Under the pieces are notes generated by a model. The model ran no database searches. It saw only the letters and a list, made by a program, of their open reading frames with translations, and was not told the origin of the DNA. A DNA stretch of 64,000 nucleotides from contig CAYSWB010000003.1 in NCBI GenBank assembly GCA_964434575.1, positions 57,266-121,265 of the forward strand, given 5' to 3'. Both the position numbers and the translations under genes were made by a program. Every line of letters begins with the position of its first letter. Position 1 is the stretch's first letter. Source of the stretch: an uncultured Candidatus Peribacteria bacterium (lineage in GTDB: Bacteria > Patescibacteriota > Gracilibacteria > Peribacterales > Peribacteraceae). Positions 1 to 9,209 of this stretch are shown here, piece after piece.

Positions 1-4
1 AACT

Positions 5-874
5 ATGAAAGAGATCTTCCACGCGGCCCACCACGAGACCATCCGCACCGTGCCCTTCAATTCGATCGGCAAGATCATCATGGTGGAGGGTGGAACCTAC
101 CCCGAAGCCTTCGGTGGCAACTGTGTCATGCAGGCCCGCGAACTGACGCGTCTCGCGGTCGCCGGAGGGCTGTCCGCGGACCGCATCAAGTACGCCTCCG
201 GCCAGCAGCGTCCGCACTGGGTGGCGTTCGCCGAGGACGACGGCATCCACAAAGGAAAGCTCCTGATGTCCGATCCGTATTTCATGCACACCGAACCCAT
301 CGACATTTCCGAAGTGATGGGCCGCGGCCGCGTTCTGCAACGCGCGTATCCCCTGCGCGGAGAGGCGAGCTCGATGATGGAAGTCGTCGCCACCGGACCG
401 CGTTCGTTCGACGCCCACTTGTGGGCGATGCGGCAAAACGCCACGGGTGGCAGCGAGATCGACCCGACGTCCGGACTGAAGAAGGTGCACACCTACACCT
501 ACGACTTGGACACGCTCACCGACGAACTGCCGCCGAACCGCTACCAGCTCTTGGCCGGACTGAAGCAGAAAAACCTGGAAATGGGCGTGCTGCGTGCCGA
601 TCAGGGCGTGACGCGCGTCTACCTGGAACCCGAGCAGGGACGCTTCAACATGCTGAAAGTCGGCGAGCAGAAACTGGACCGCCAGAAGAACGGACAGGTC
701 GAACGGTTCGACGACGAAATGGCGCGCATCGCCGCGGAACTCGGCGCCACCGCGGAGCAGCTGTACACGTTCTTCAACGAGGGTCGGGCCGCCTACCTGC
801 GCCGGAAGCCCACCGACCATGAGGTCGGCGTGACCGGAAGCTGGGAAGGTCAGTCGGACCTGCTCAACAAGTAG
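5..874 (+). CDS. hypothetical protein with transglutaminase/NAT-like Cys-His-Asp signature
   Basis: 289-aa ORF of ordinary composition. GGNC(40)VMQARELTRL ... RPH(71)WVAF ... SD(90)PYF gives the order and spacing of a thiol-enzyme triad. The ATG is 4 nt from the window edge, so the true start may lie upstream. Confidence 0.55.
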   Translation: MKEIFHAAHHETIRTVPFNSIGKIIMVEGGTYPEAFGGNCVMQARELTRLAVAGGLSADRIKYASGQQRPHWVAFAEDDGIHKGKLLMSDPYFMHTEPIDISEVMGRGRVLQRAYPLRGEASSMMEVVATGPRSFDAHLWAMRQNATGGSEIDPTSGLKKVHTYTYDLDTLTDELPPNRYQLLAGLKQKNLEMGVLRADQGVTRVYLEPEQGRFNMLKVGEQKLDRQKNGQVERFDDEMARIAAELGATAEQLYTFFNEGRAAYLRRKPTDHEVGVTGSWEGQSDLLNK

Positions 875-895
875 CAAGCCGGGTAGAATGGCGTC

Positions 896-1321
896 ATGAA
901 ACCCGCCGTCTCCCTCATCACGCTCGGCGTGCGCGACTTCGGCCGCGCGCTGAAGTTTTACCGCGACGGCCTGGGGTGGAAAACATCGGCGAAGGAAGGC
1001 GACCCGGTCGCGTTCTTCCAGTTGAACAACCTGATCCTGGGATTATGGTCGCGCGAGGAGCTGGCCAAGGACGCGCACGTGCCCGACACGGCCGGTTTTT
1101 CGGGCATCACCATCGCGCACAACGTCCGCAGCGAGAAGGAAGTCGACGAGGTGCTGGATGTCGCCAAGCACGCCGGAGCGACCGTCACCAAGCCGGCAGC
1201 GAAAACGTTCTGGGGCGGATACAGCGGCTACTTCGCGGACCCCGAAGGACATCTGTGGGAAGTGGCGCACAACCCGTTCTGGGACGTGGCCGAGGACGGC
1301 GTGACGACGCTGAAAGACTGA
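896..1321 (+). CDS. VOC (glyoxalase/bleomycin-resistance fold) family protein
   Basis: 141 aa. ITLGVRDFGRALKFYRDGLGW and GYSGYFADPEGHLWEV are typical VOC blocks. TAGAAT at 884-889 lies 6 nt before the ATG. Confidence 0.85.
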   Translation: MKPAVSLITLGVRDFGRALKFYRDGLGWKTSAKEGDPVAFFQLNNLILGLWSREELAKDAHVPDTAGFSGITIAHNVRSEKEVDEVLDVAKHAGATVTKPAAKTFWGGYSGYFADPEGHLWEVAHNPFWDVAEDGVTTLKD

Positions 1322-1467
1322 CGGAAAACCCCGGAAGCACCGTACGCGGCGGGCAAACGGGCCTGCTTTGGCAAAGCCAATTTCGTAAGGAACCCCCGCC
1401 GCCCGCGTCACCACACCCGGAAACGGCGACAGATGGCGTTTCTCTTGTTTCTTTTCCCTCATCTCTT

Positions 1468-3396
1468 ATGCAGTTCCACCTTTCCTCCCCCGGGAAGCTG
1501 ACACGTTCCGTGTCGCTTCTGATGGGTGCAGTCTTGCTGGCCGGCGCCACGGCGCCCGCGTCGGCGCAGACGTTCCGTTACACGGACGTGCCTTCCGGCG
1601 CGTACTACGAAGGCGCAGCCGAAGCGCTCGTCGAACTGGGCGCGCTCGACTCGGCAGAGACCCGGCTCCGCCCGTCCGATTTGGCAACGCGCGCCGAGTT
1701 GGCCAAATTGATGGTCAACCTGCGCGGCGAGGCGCTGCTCCGCCCGTCGGTCCGCAGCTTCGACGACGTGTCCACCACCGCCTGGTACTACCCGTACATC
1801 GAAACCTCGGCCAGCGCCGGCTGGATCCGCGGCGACAAAGACTGTTACGTGAACAAAGCCAAGCCCTGCACCGCGCGTCCGGGTGACGGCGTGAACCGCG
1901 CCGAGGCGGCCGCCCTGCTCGTGCGCATGTTCGCGCTCGGAGCCACAGATGACGCCCCCGCATTCATGGATAATCCGGCTTACGAGTGGTACTACGACGA
2001 GATCCAGACCGCCGCCGACCACTGCGTGCTGCAGGGCGACGGCGACACCGGCCTCGTGCGCCCGGCTTCGTTCATGAACCGCGCAGAAATGATCACCATG
2101 TTCCACCGCGCTTACCTCCACCAGTCGTACGGCACGGATTGCGGACAGTCGGCCGCCGAGATTTCCGCGGTCGAGACCATGGCCGCCAACAAGCTTCGCG
2201 TGCGCTTCACCGACTCCATCGATCAGGTCCGCGCCGAGAACATCGTGCACTACAACCTGGCCCGCGCTTCCGACCGCGTGATCGTCGGCATCCGCACCGC
2301 AACCATGGTCGACACCCGCACCGTGGATTTGGAGCTCCGCGCCGACTTGGCCATGAGCGTCCCGTACCTGCTGACCGTGCGTAACCTGGAAACCCGCGAC
2401 GGCGCGCTGTTCAACGACACCGCCGACGTCGTCTTCTCCGGCATCGTCGGCCGCGTGACGAGCGCATCCGCCCTGTCCGCCCAGAAAGTCCGCCTGACCT
2501 TCGACGTGGATATCGACCGCACCCGCGGCGACGACGCCTGGCGCTACGCCGTGACCCGCATGGGCACCGCGAGCGGCAACGTGACCGTGGCCACCGCCTC
2601 GATCATCGACAACCGCAGCGTCGAGCTGGGATTGGTAGGCAATCTGCAGGCCGGAGGGCAATACCGCGTGATGGCAAACGACATGTCCAGCTCCGCCGGC
2701 GTGCTCTTCACCGGCGAGGGCACCTTCACGTTCTCCGCGCCCGTCGGACAACTCAGCACCGTCCAGGTGTTGTCCGCCAACCGCATCCGCGTGAACTTCA
2801 GCACCACCCTCGACCGCACCCGCGCGGAAGAAGTGTCCCGCTACCGTTTGTCCGACGGCAGCCGCGTGATCCCCGTGACAGCAGCCTCCCTGCTCTCCGG
2901 CGACAACGCCGTGGAGCTGACGCTTGGCGAGTCGCTGCGAGCGCAGCGCATGTACACGCTGGGCGTCACCGGCCTGAGCTCGCAGCTCGGCGTGTCGTTC
3001 AACGGCACCGGATCCACCGTGTATAACGGCGGCAGCGGCAGCGGCGGCTCCGTGGCCTTCTCCACGACCGTCCTGAACGGCGCCAGCGAAGTGCCGTCCG
3101 TCGTCACGGTCGCCACCGGAACCGGCGTCTTCACGCTCACGACCACCGGACTGCACTACGACATCACGGTCCGCAACCTCACCGGCGGCATCACCGGCGC
3201 CCACTTCCACCAGGGAGCCATGGGCGTCAACGGCCCCGTCATCCAAGGCATCGCGTTCACCGGCAACCGCGCCGTGGGAACGTGGGCCAACCTGACGGCC
3301 GAACAGCGTAACTGGCTGCTGGACGGACAGATCTACGTGAACGTCCATACGAACACCTACCCGAACGGAGAAGTCCGCGGTCAGGTGAAACAGTAA
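1468..3396 (+). CDS. secreted surface (S-layer-type) protein: 3 SLH domains, 3 Ig-like repeats, C-terminal CHRD domain
   Basis: I start at MQFHLSS...APASA|Q (signal peptide), because the track ORF from 976 overlaps the VOC gene with Arg-rich junk. There are three F-x-D-[VN]...TRAE/NRAE SLH-like units at about 1573-2120. The CHRD block is LNGASEVPSV...GAHFHQGAMGVNGPV...IYVNVHTNTYPNGEVRGQV. Confidence 0.85.
   Translation: MQFHLSSPGKLTRSVSLLMGAVLLAGATAPASAQTFRYTDVPSGAYYEGAAEALVELGALDSAETRLRPSDLATRAELAKLMVNLRGEALLRPSVRSFDDVSTTAWYYPYIETSASAGWIRGDKDCYVNKAKPCTARPGDGVNRAEAAALLVRMFALGATDDAPAFMDNPAYEWYYDEIQTAADHCVLQGDGDTGLVRPASFMNRAEMITMFHRAYLHQSYGTDCGQSAAEISAVETMAANKLRVRFTDSIDQVRAENIVHYNLARASDRVIVGIRTATMVDTRTVDLELRADLAMSVPYLLTVRNLETRDGALFNDTADVVFSGIVGRVTSASALSAQKVRLTFDVDIDRTRGDDAWRYAVTRMGTASGNVTVATASIIDNRSVELGLVGNLQAGGQYRVMANDMSSSAGVLFTGEGTFTFSAPVGQLSTVQVLSANRIRVNFSTTLDRTRAEEVSRYRLSDGSRVIPVTAASLLSGDNAVELTLGESLRAQRMYTLGVTGLSSQLGVSFNGTGSTVYNGGSGSGGSVAFSTTVLNGASEVPSVVTVATGTGVFTLTTTGLHYDITVRNLTGGITGAHFHQGAMGVNGPVIQGIAFTGNRAVGTWANLTAEQRNWLLDGQIYVNVHTNTYPNGEVRGQVKQ
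2161..3030 (+). repeat. three tandem ~95-aa coding repeats inside the SLH-CHRD protein
   Basis: Units begin ISAVETMAANKLRVRFTDSID, VTSASALSAQKVRLTFDVDID and LSTVQVLSANRIRVNFSTTLD, and share the pattern L-x-V-x-F-...-D-x-x-R-x-E-...-Y. Boundaries are approximate. Confidence 0.7.
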
Positions 3397-3413
3397 ACGG
3401 CAATGAACGGATC

Positions 3414-3446
3414 ACCCGCGGAGCTTCGGCTCCGCGGGTTTTTTTG
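3414..3446. terminator. intrinsic terminator between convergent genes
   Basis: acccgcggagc-ttcg-gctccgcgggt is a perfect 11-bp stem followed by a run of T residues. Confidence 0.8.
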
Positions 3447-3477
3447 TGGCGCTACATGGCGATTTCGGCGACTCGAT

Positions 3478-3729
3478 TCAGCGCGGCTGCCAGCCCGGGC
3501 GGAATCCCCTGCCGCAGGTTTCCTCGAACGTCTTTCCTTCGGGGATCAGGTCGCACATCACGAACGAGCAGGCGGACGCGCCGGTGGATTTTTTACACTC
3601 GTCCTCGGAGGCATACGACGGCGGGGCGTCGACGATGACGGGGGCGCCGCCTCGCGACAACAGGACGAACGCGGCGGCGGCGATCAGACATCCGGCCACG
3701 AGCAGGCCGATGATCAGTTGCTTGTGCAT
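3478..3729 (-). CDS. small membrane-anchored Cys-containing protein
   Basis: 83 aa. It has an N-terminal hydrophobic anchor MHKQLIIGLLVAGCLIAAAAFVLL and 5 Cys. No family recognised. Confidence 0.5.
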   Translation of the reverse strand: MHKQLIIGLLVAGCLIAAAAFVLLSRGGAPVIVDAPPSYASEDECKKSTGASACSFVMCDLIPEGKTFEETCGRGFRPGWQPR

Positions 3730-3835
3730 TGGACGGATGAAGAATGGGGCGTTTCTGATTCTACCAAACCCCGGGGACCCTGTGCCTTGCCTCGGACGGC
3801 TGCCTTGTGTAGCATTGCCAGGCTCTTTTGAATCT

Positions 3836-3909
3836 GCGGGTATCGTACAATGGTAGTACGGCGCCTTGCCATGGCGCAGACGCGGGTTCGATTCCCGCTA
3901 CCCGCTCCA
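3836..3909 (+). tRNA. tRNA-Gly (anticodon GCC)
   Basis: 74-nt cloverleaf read by hand. Acceptor is gcgggta/tacccgc, anticodon stem-loop gcgcc-ttGCCat-ggcgc, T-loop ggttcgattcc, with an encoded CCA. Confidence 0.9.
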
Positions 3910-3977
3910 AACATACACACCATCCTCCTGCAGCCGGCAACACAGATTCGCGGCTTTTTGACCATGCTGTGGGCGAT

Positions 3978-4304
3978 TCACGCACCTTGAGCCCGATGGA
4001 TTTCCAAATACCGGTCGCGCAGGAACGTAATGAACGCGACGAGGAACAAGTGCTTCCACGGTGCCCGATCCACGCACGACGCGATCTCGAGTTCGACCGT
4101 TTCACCCGACCGCACCACGATGCGACTAGGTGCGCTTCCGCACCAGTCGATCTTCGCCACGATGACGTGCATTCCGGGCTCGACGGCGAAATCCTTCGTT
4201 TCGCGCCGTCGCAACTCACCTAGCAAGCGGCCGTCGCAGTACACGCGGTATGCGCGCAGCATATCCACGTAGTATCCGTGCCGGGAACAGCGCAGCGTGG
4301 CCAT
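3978..4304 (-). CDS. hypothetical protein
   Basis: 108-aa ORF. TATACT (plus-strand coordinates 4311-4316) lies 6 nt upstream of its ATG, matching the window-wide leaderless pattern. Confidence 0.55.
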   Translation of the reverse strand: MATLRCSRHGYYVDMLRAYRVYCDGRLLGELRRRETKDFAVEPGMHVIVAKIDWCGSAPSRIVVRSGETVELEIASCVDRAPWKHLFLVAFITFLRDRYLEIHRAQGA

Positions 4305-4392
4305 GCCGACAGTATAGCGACGACACGGCCAACGGTAAGCGCTTGCCCACCTGTGCGTCTGCTATGATGCACATCTCATTCCCCCGCCTCGC

Positions 4393-4809
4393 ATGGCCGC
4401 ACAAGTCACCGTCGAAACCACCGTCAACGTCCCCGTGGCCAAGGCCTGGGACATGTGGAACAAGCCCGAGCACGTCACGAAGTGGAACGCCGCCTCGCCG
4501 GACTGGCATTGCCCGAAAGCCGAATCCGACCTGCGCGAAGGGGGTAAATTTTCAGCGCGCATGGAGGCCAAGGACGGCAGCTTCGGCTTCGATTTCGGCG
4601 GCACGTATACCAAGGTGGTGACGGGAAAGATCCTGGGCTACGTCATGAGCGACGGCCGCAAGGTGGAAGTGATGTTCGCCGACAAGGGCGGCAAAACGCA
4701 CATCCTGGAGACGTTCGACGCCGAGTCCGAAAACCCGGTCGAGATGCAGAGGGCCGGCTGGCAGTCGATCATGGACAACTTCAAGAAATACGCCGAGGCG
4801 CAGTCGTAG
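4393..4809 (+). CDS. SRPBCC / Aha1-like (AHSA1) domain protein
   Basis: 138 aa. VNVPVAKAWDMWNKPEHVTKWN and GWQSIMDNFKKY resemble the Aha1/START-like family. It is a paralog of the 7215-9209 genes. Confidence 0.8.
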   Translation: MAAQVTVETTVNVPVAKAWDMWNKPEHVTKWNAASPDWHCPKAESDLREGGKFSARMEAKDGSFGFDFGGTYTKVVTGKILGYVMSDGRKVEVMFADKGGKTHILETFDAESENPVEMQRAGWQSIMDNFKKYAEAQS

Positions 4810-4848
4810 GACATCCGCCAGTCCTGATTCGGCCGGGCCACCGGCGCA

Positions 4849-5244
4849 TCAGTCCGAGAGAACCGCGACGTCCGTCACGACGGAATCCTCGTTGAACCGC
4901 AGGACCAGCCATTCGCTGTCGACGCTGACGGCGCTGCGCTCCGGGCCCAGCCAGTACACCAGATCCCAGTCCGAGAAATACTCCGTTTCGGGCGGCTCGC
5001 CGAGCAACTCGATGATCTGGTTCCTTGTCATACCGCGCAGCGGCGTGCCGGACAGAAGATCATCGATCATTTGCACGCGGCTCGGCGTGGCATCCGTTCG
5101 GTCCGCCGCCATCCAGGCGGCGCGGTCGAACGCCGTGCGTCCGGCGCGGCCGCCGAACGTGCTTTGCACCAAGGGAAACGCCACGAAGACGAGCAGCAAT
5201 GAAAGAACTGCCAGTACGAAGAATGAAACGTTGCGGGAAGACAT
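4849..5244 (-). CDS. membrane-anchored protein with SmpA/OmlA(BamE)-like motif
   Basis: Start chosen at MSSRNVSFFVLAVLSLLLV because TACACT (5251-5256) lies 6 nt upstream. GMTRNQIIELLGEP resembles the BamE-type motif. Confidence 0.55.
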   Translation of the reverse strand: MSSRNVSFFVLAVLSLLLVFVAFPLVQSTFGGRAGRTAFDRAAWMAADRTDATPSRVQMIDDLLSGTPLRGMTRNQIIELLGEPPETEYFSDWDLVYWLGPERSAVSVDSEWLVLRFNEDSVVTDVAVLSD

Positions 5245-5310
5245 GCGTGAAGTGTAGCGAAAACCGCGCATGCTTCCCAAGGCAAGGTGCCGTTTGTGTA
5301 TACTGCGCGC

Positions 5311-5712
5311 ATGCCTTCATCCAACCCCGTCGTCCACTTCGAGATGCCCGCGCGTGACCGCGAACGCATGAAGAAATTCTACGAAGGGGCTTTCGGCTGG
5401 AAGATGAACCAATTAGGCGCGGAAATGGGCAACTACGTCGTGGCGCACACCGGCGAAACGGACGCGAAAACGGGCATGATCAACAAGCCGGGCATGATCA
5501 ACGGCGGCTTCTACGAGCGCACCGACGATACGCAGGCCCCTTCTCTGGTGATCGCGGTGGATGACATCAGGAAGCACATCGAGATCGTCAAGCAAGCCGG
5601 CGGCAAAGTGGAAGGCGAGCCCATGGATATCCCGGGCGTCGGCTGGCACGCGGCGTTCATCGATCCGGAGGGCAACCGCGTCAGCATGCTGCAGCCGTCG
5701 CGGCCGATGTAG
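5311..5712 (+). CDS. VOC (glyoxalase) family protein
   Basis: MPSSNPVVHFEMPARDRERMKKFYEGAFGW ... AAFIDPEGNRVSM. TATACT at 5299-5304 lies 6 nt before the ATG at 5311, so the track's GTG at 5287 is rejected. Confidence 0.85.
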   Translation: MPSSNPVVHFEMPARDRERMKKFYEGAFGWKMNQLGAEMGNYVVAHTGETDAKTGMINKPGMINGGFYERTDDTQAPSLVIAVDDIRKHIEIVKQAGGKVEGEPMDIPGVGWHAAFIDPEGNRVSMLQPSRPM

Positions 5713-7143
5713 CTACATCGCGTGTGCCGCATGAGCGGAGGCGTCGTGCTTGCCGCCTTTTTTGTCGCGGATGAGGAGCAAGCCGATGGCCGTGGCGGCG
5801 ACCACGAAGATCACGCCGGCCAGGAATGCCGCCTTGTAGCCGTCCACCACGGCTTCCGGGCTGGCCGGAACGCCCGCTGCGGCAATGACGGATGCCGCGA
5901 CGCTGGAGAGGATCGCAAGTCCGATGGCACCGCCCATTTGCTGCGAAGTGTTGATGAGCCCGGACGCCAGGCCGGTCTGGTCGTCCTTCACGCCCGAGGT
6001 CGCCGCGACCATGAGCGGCATGAACGTCATCGACATGCCCACGGGCATGAGGATCACGGTGGGCAACACGTCGGTCCAGTAGTTGCCGGCGACGGGCAAC
6101 CGCGTCAGCCACAGCATGCCGGCGGCCACCAACAGCGGACCGGCGATGAGGAACGGGCGGTAGCCGAACCTCGACACTCCCCTGGCGATGCGTTGCGACA
6201 ATATGGCCATGATGATCGGGAACGGCAGGAACGCCATGCCCGTCAGCACCGGCGAGTATTTGAGGACGTTTTGGATGTAGAGTGAGATGAGGAAGAACAT
6301 GCCGAACATGCCCGCCGAGATGGGCGCGGACATCAGGTTGGCGCCGGTCACGTTGCGGACCGCGAAGATGGAGAGCGGCATGAGCGGGTGCTTGGCGCGC
6401 TTCTCGTTCCAGACGAACGCCGCCAGCAACGCGACGGATGCCGCGCCGAACAGCAACGTGTTTTGCGAGAGCCATCCCCACGCCGGCGCTTCTCCGACCG
6501 TGTATACCAGCAACACCAGGCCCGCGGTCACCAGCGCGGCGCCGGGCAGGTCCAAGTCGCGGTGCGGCTGATCTTCCTGTTTTTCATGCGGCAACATGCG
6601 GGCGATGGCGACGGTGATCGCGATGCCGATGGGAACGTTGATGAAGAAATTCCAGCGCCAGTTCAGCAGCTGCGTCAGCACGCCGCCGAGCAGCAGGCCG
6701 ACCGCGGCTCCGCCGTTGGCCACCGTGATCCAGTGTCCAAGCGCGCGGTTGCGCTCCTTGCCTTCGGCGAACGTGATGAGCACCACGGACAGCGCTGCGG
6801 GCGACATCAGCGCGGCCGTCACGCCCTGGATCGCGCGCAGCACGACGAGGATTTCAGGCGACTGGGCGATGCCGATCAGGAATGACACGAGGGTGAAGCC
6901 GCCGATGCCGAGCAGCAGCACGCGGCGGTGACCGAAGATGTCCGATGCGCGTCCGCCGAGCAGCAGGAAGCCGCCGAACGTCAGGGCATAAGCGGTCACG
7001 ACCCACTGCAGCGACGCATCGGTGAACCCCAGCGACTCCTGGATGGCGGGCAGCGCGACGTTGGTAATGCAGACGTCCAGCACCACCATGAACTGCGCGA
7101 CGGCAACCAAACAAAAAATCAACCAGGGGGATTTTGTTCGCAT
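5713..7143 (-). CDS. MFS transporter, DHA2 (EmrB/QacA-like, 14-TMS) type
   Basis: 476 aa. FMVVLDVCITNVALPAIQESLGF, WVVTAYALTFGGFLLLGGRASDIFGHRR and multiple hydrophobic spans. Confidence 0.9.
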   Translation of the reverse strand: MRTKSPWLIFCLVAVAQFMVVLDVCITNVALPAIQESLGFTDASLQWVVTAYALTFGGFLLLGGRASDIFGHRRVLLLGIGGFTLVSFLIGIAQSPEILVVLRAIQGVTAALMSPAALSVVLITFAEGKERNRALGHWITVANGGAAVGLLLGGVLTQLLNWRWNFFINVPIGIAITVAIARMLPHEKQEDQPHRDLDLPGAALVTAGLVLLVYTVGEAPAWGWLSQNTLLFGAASVALLAAFVWNEKRAKHPLMPLSIFAVRNVTGANLMSAPISAGMFGMFFLISLYIQNVLKYSPVLTGMAFLPFPIIMAILSQRIARGVSRFGYRPFLIAGPLLVAAGMLWLTRLPVAGNYWTDVLPTVILMPVGMSMTFMPLMVAATSGVKDDQTGLASGLINTSQQMGGAIGLAILSSVAASVIAAAGVPASPEAVVDGYKAAFLAGVIFVVAATAIGLLLIRDKKGGKHDASAHAAHAM

Positions 7144-7214
7144 GGAAAAGAAAAGTACTTAAGAACTAAAAGATGCTACGCAGCATGCGTCTCCGTGTCA
7201 ACGCGGCGCCGGAC

Positions 7215-7676
7215 TCACATCGTCTTCAGGTGTTCGGCCAGGCGTCCCAGCGTCTGCCTGCCGCCTTCCACCGCGAAGCCCTTTACCGCGTCGTAGTCGG
7301 CGCGCGTGTTGAACACCGCGCGCATGGTCAGTTTCGTTTTGCCGCCCCGGTCCTCGAACGTGACGATCGAACGGAATGAATTTGGATCGTCCTTCGATGC
7401 GCCGTGCGTAAAGCGGATGAGTTCGGGCTTTTTGATCTCTTCGAAGACGATGACGTTCGGGTAATCCGTGCCGTCCGGTCCGTGCATCATGAAGTCCCAG
7501 GTGCCGCCTTCACGGAACTCGAAGGAGTGGATGGTGTTGGTAAAGCCGTTCGGGCCCCACCAGATTTTCAGATGGTCGGGCTCGCTCCAAGCGCGCCATA
7601 CCAGCTCGCGCGGGGCGTCGAGCAGGCGCTCCTGTACGATTTCACGGTCGGCGGTGCCGGGTTCGTTGTTCGACAT
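7215..7676 (-). CDS. SRPBCC / Aha1-like domain protein
   Basis: 153 aa. RLLDAPRELVWRAWSEPDHLKIWWGPNGF. Confidence 0.8.
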   Translation of the reverse strand: MSNNEPGTADREIVQERLLDAPRELVWRAWSEPDHLKIWWGPNGFTNTIHSFEFREGGTWDFMMHGPDGTDYPNVIVFEEIKKPELIRFTHGASKDDPNSFRSIVTFEDRGGKTKLTMRAVFNTRADYDAVKGFAVEGGRQTLGRLAEHLKTM

Positions 7677-7691
7677 GGGAAGAAAGAGGGA

Positions 7692-8231
7692 TTACTTGCC
7701 GGCTTCGGCCAGTTTCTTGATGTCATTCAGGCCTTTCTCGAACTGGCTGCCGATCATCTTGTCCATGTTCATCACCAAGCCGAACGCCTTGGCCATGAAG
7801 CTGTTGCAGCCGAACATCGACTGCGTCAGCACGGTGCTGGCGCCAGCCTGCTTGAACGTGAAATCCGTGGTGTTCACGGCCGGAAACGGCTTCATGAATT
7901 CCAGCCGGATGCGAATGAGTTCGTTGGGCTTCACTTCGGTGATTTCCATGCGTCCCTCGCCGACGTTCTTGTTGCCGAGCCAGTGGTACGTGGCGCCGAC
8001 GCCAGACGGCGAACCGCCGTAGGTTTTCTTGGTATTCGGATCCACCTTCTCCCACGGCGACCAGGCTTCCCACTTGTGGAAATCGTTCACGTGCGGGAAC
8101 ACGGCGGAGGCCGGCGCGGCGATGGTGACCGAACGCTCGTAACGGAAGGTGTTCGGGCGCATGGCGACGACGATCGCCAGGATGGCGAGCACCGCGGCCA
8201 GGCCGATGAGAATGGTCAGGAAGACGGACAT
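7692..8231 (-). CDS. SRPBCC-fold (polyketide cyclase/dehydrase-like) protein with N-terminal TM helix
   Basis: 179 aa. TM anchor MSVFLTILIGLAAVLAILAIVVA, then VFPHVNDFHKWEAWSPW. Confidence 0.7.
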   Translation of the reverse strand: MSVFLTILIGLAAVLAILAIVVAMRPNTFRYERSVTIAAPASAVFPHVNDFHKWEAWSPWEKVDPNTKKTYGGSPSGVGATYHWLGNKNVGEGRMEITEVKPNELIRIRLEFMKPFPAVNTTDFTFKQAGASTVLTQSMFGCNSFMAKAFGLVMNMDKMIGSQFEKGLNDIKKLAEAGK

Positions 8232-8260
8232 GGATGAGGGTGGAAGGAAACGGCGTCAGC

Positions 8261-8743
8261 TTAGCGCAAGACGGCTTCGAACTTGTCGAGCGACTGGTTC
8301 CAGCCGGTCGTGGCGTCGTTGGCCATCTCGGCCGGGTGGCCTTCGTGCTTCAGCGTCAGTTTGGTCTTGCCGGGGCCGGCCTCCTCGAAGGTGACGGTCA
8401 CGCGCATCTTCTCGGGCCACTCGCCGGGCATGCCGAAGTCCTTGGGCGACACCCAGTTGCCGTCCTTATCGGAGAAATAGTCCGTGGCGACGATCTTCTT
8501 CAGCGGAATGACCTCTTCGTATTCACCGGCGCTCCACATGTCCTGATCGAACGGCGAACCGGCGGGGCCGCGCATGCAGTACACGTACTTGCCGCCCTTC
8601 TTCAGCTCGATCTTGCCGACCCTGCCGGTGAAGTCCTTGGGGCCCCACCACTTGGCGACGTGTTCGGGATTCGTCCAAGCGTCCCAAACTTTCTGGACGG
8701 GCGCGTTCAGCACGCGCGTGATGTTGATGTCGATGGTCTCCAT
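8261..8743 (-). CDS. SRPBCC / Aha1-like domain protein
   Basis: 160 aa. RVLNAPVQKVWDAWTNPEHVAKWWGPKDF ... GWNQSLDKFEAVL. Confidence 0.8.
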   Translation of the reverse strand: METIDINITRVLNAPVQKVWDAWTNPEHVAKWWGPKDFTGRVGKIELKKGGKYVYCMRGPAGSPFDQDMWSAGEYEEVIPLKKIVATDYFSDKDGNWVSPKDFGMPGEWPEKMRVTVTFEEAGPGKTKLTLKHEGHPAEMANDATTGWNQSLDKFEAVLR

Positions 8744-8765
8744 GGTGGAAGGGGGAAGAAATGAA

Positions 8766-9209
8766 TCAGCGGGAAGATGCGAGCATGCGCTCGAGCTTGT
8801 CGAAGTTTTGTTCGTTGGCCGGCGCGACGAACGCCGAGACCTTGTCGTATTCGTCCTGGCGGGCGAACGTCATGCGCCAGGTCAGCCGCGTCTCCGCCCC
8901 GCTGGCTTCAAACGTCATTTCCATGCGGAATTCGTGCTGGGGATCGACATAGGTGTACACGATGCTCTCGGGAGCTTTCACTTCATCGAACACCATCGCG
9001 TTTTCGAACGTGGCGCCGTCCGGACCGGCCATGGTCATGTTCCAGCGGCCGCCCGGCTTGAACTCGAATATCTTGAACGCGCTGGTGAACCCGTCGGGGC
9101 CCCACCAGCCCTCCAGTGTCTTGGCGTCGGAGAATGCGCCCCACACGCGCTCGCGCGGATGCTTGAGCAGCCGGGTGGTAACGACGGTGCGGGAAGTCGG
9201 ATCAGTCAT
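8766..9209 (-). CDS. SRPBCC / Aha1-like domain protein
   Basis: 147 aa. RLLKHPRERVWGAFSDAKTLEGWWGPDGF. Its start overlaps the arsR-like stop by 8 nt. Confidence 0.8.
   Translation of the reverse strand: MTDPTSRTVVTTRLLKHPRERVWGAFSDAKTLEGWWGPDGFTSAFKIFEFKPGGRWNMTMAGPDGATFENAMVFDEVKAPESIVYTYVDPQHEFRMEMTFEASGAETRLTWRMTFARQDEYDKVSAFVAPANEQNFDKLERMLASSR

Noticed and set aside
976-1467. Upstream 164 codons of track ORF 976-3396
   Set aside because: This part is Arg/Pro/Gly-rich and overlaps the well-supported VOC gene in another frame. A clean signal peptide begins at the ATG at 1468.
1459-3348. 629-aa minus-strand ORF antisense to the SLH-CHRD gene. Similar very long shadow ORFs occur at 25124-27259 (+), 26445-28532 (-), 36080-38317 (-), 44391-47177 (+), 10665-11960 (+), 22735-24114 (-) and 29502-32126 (-).
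   Set aside because: Their translations are dominated by Arg/Gly/Ala/His/Asp runs with no motifs. They overlap genes with unmistakable family signatures on the other strand or frame. Such open frames are the expected artefact of >60% GC DNA.
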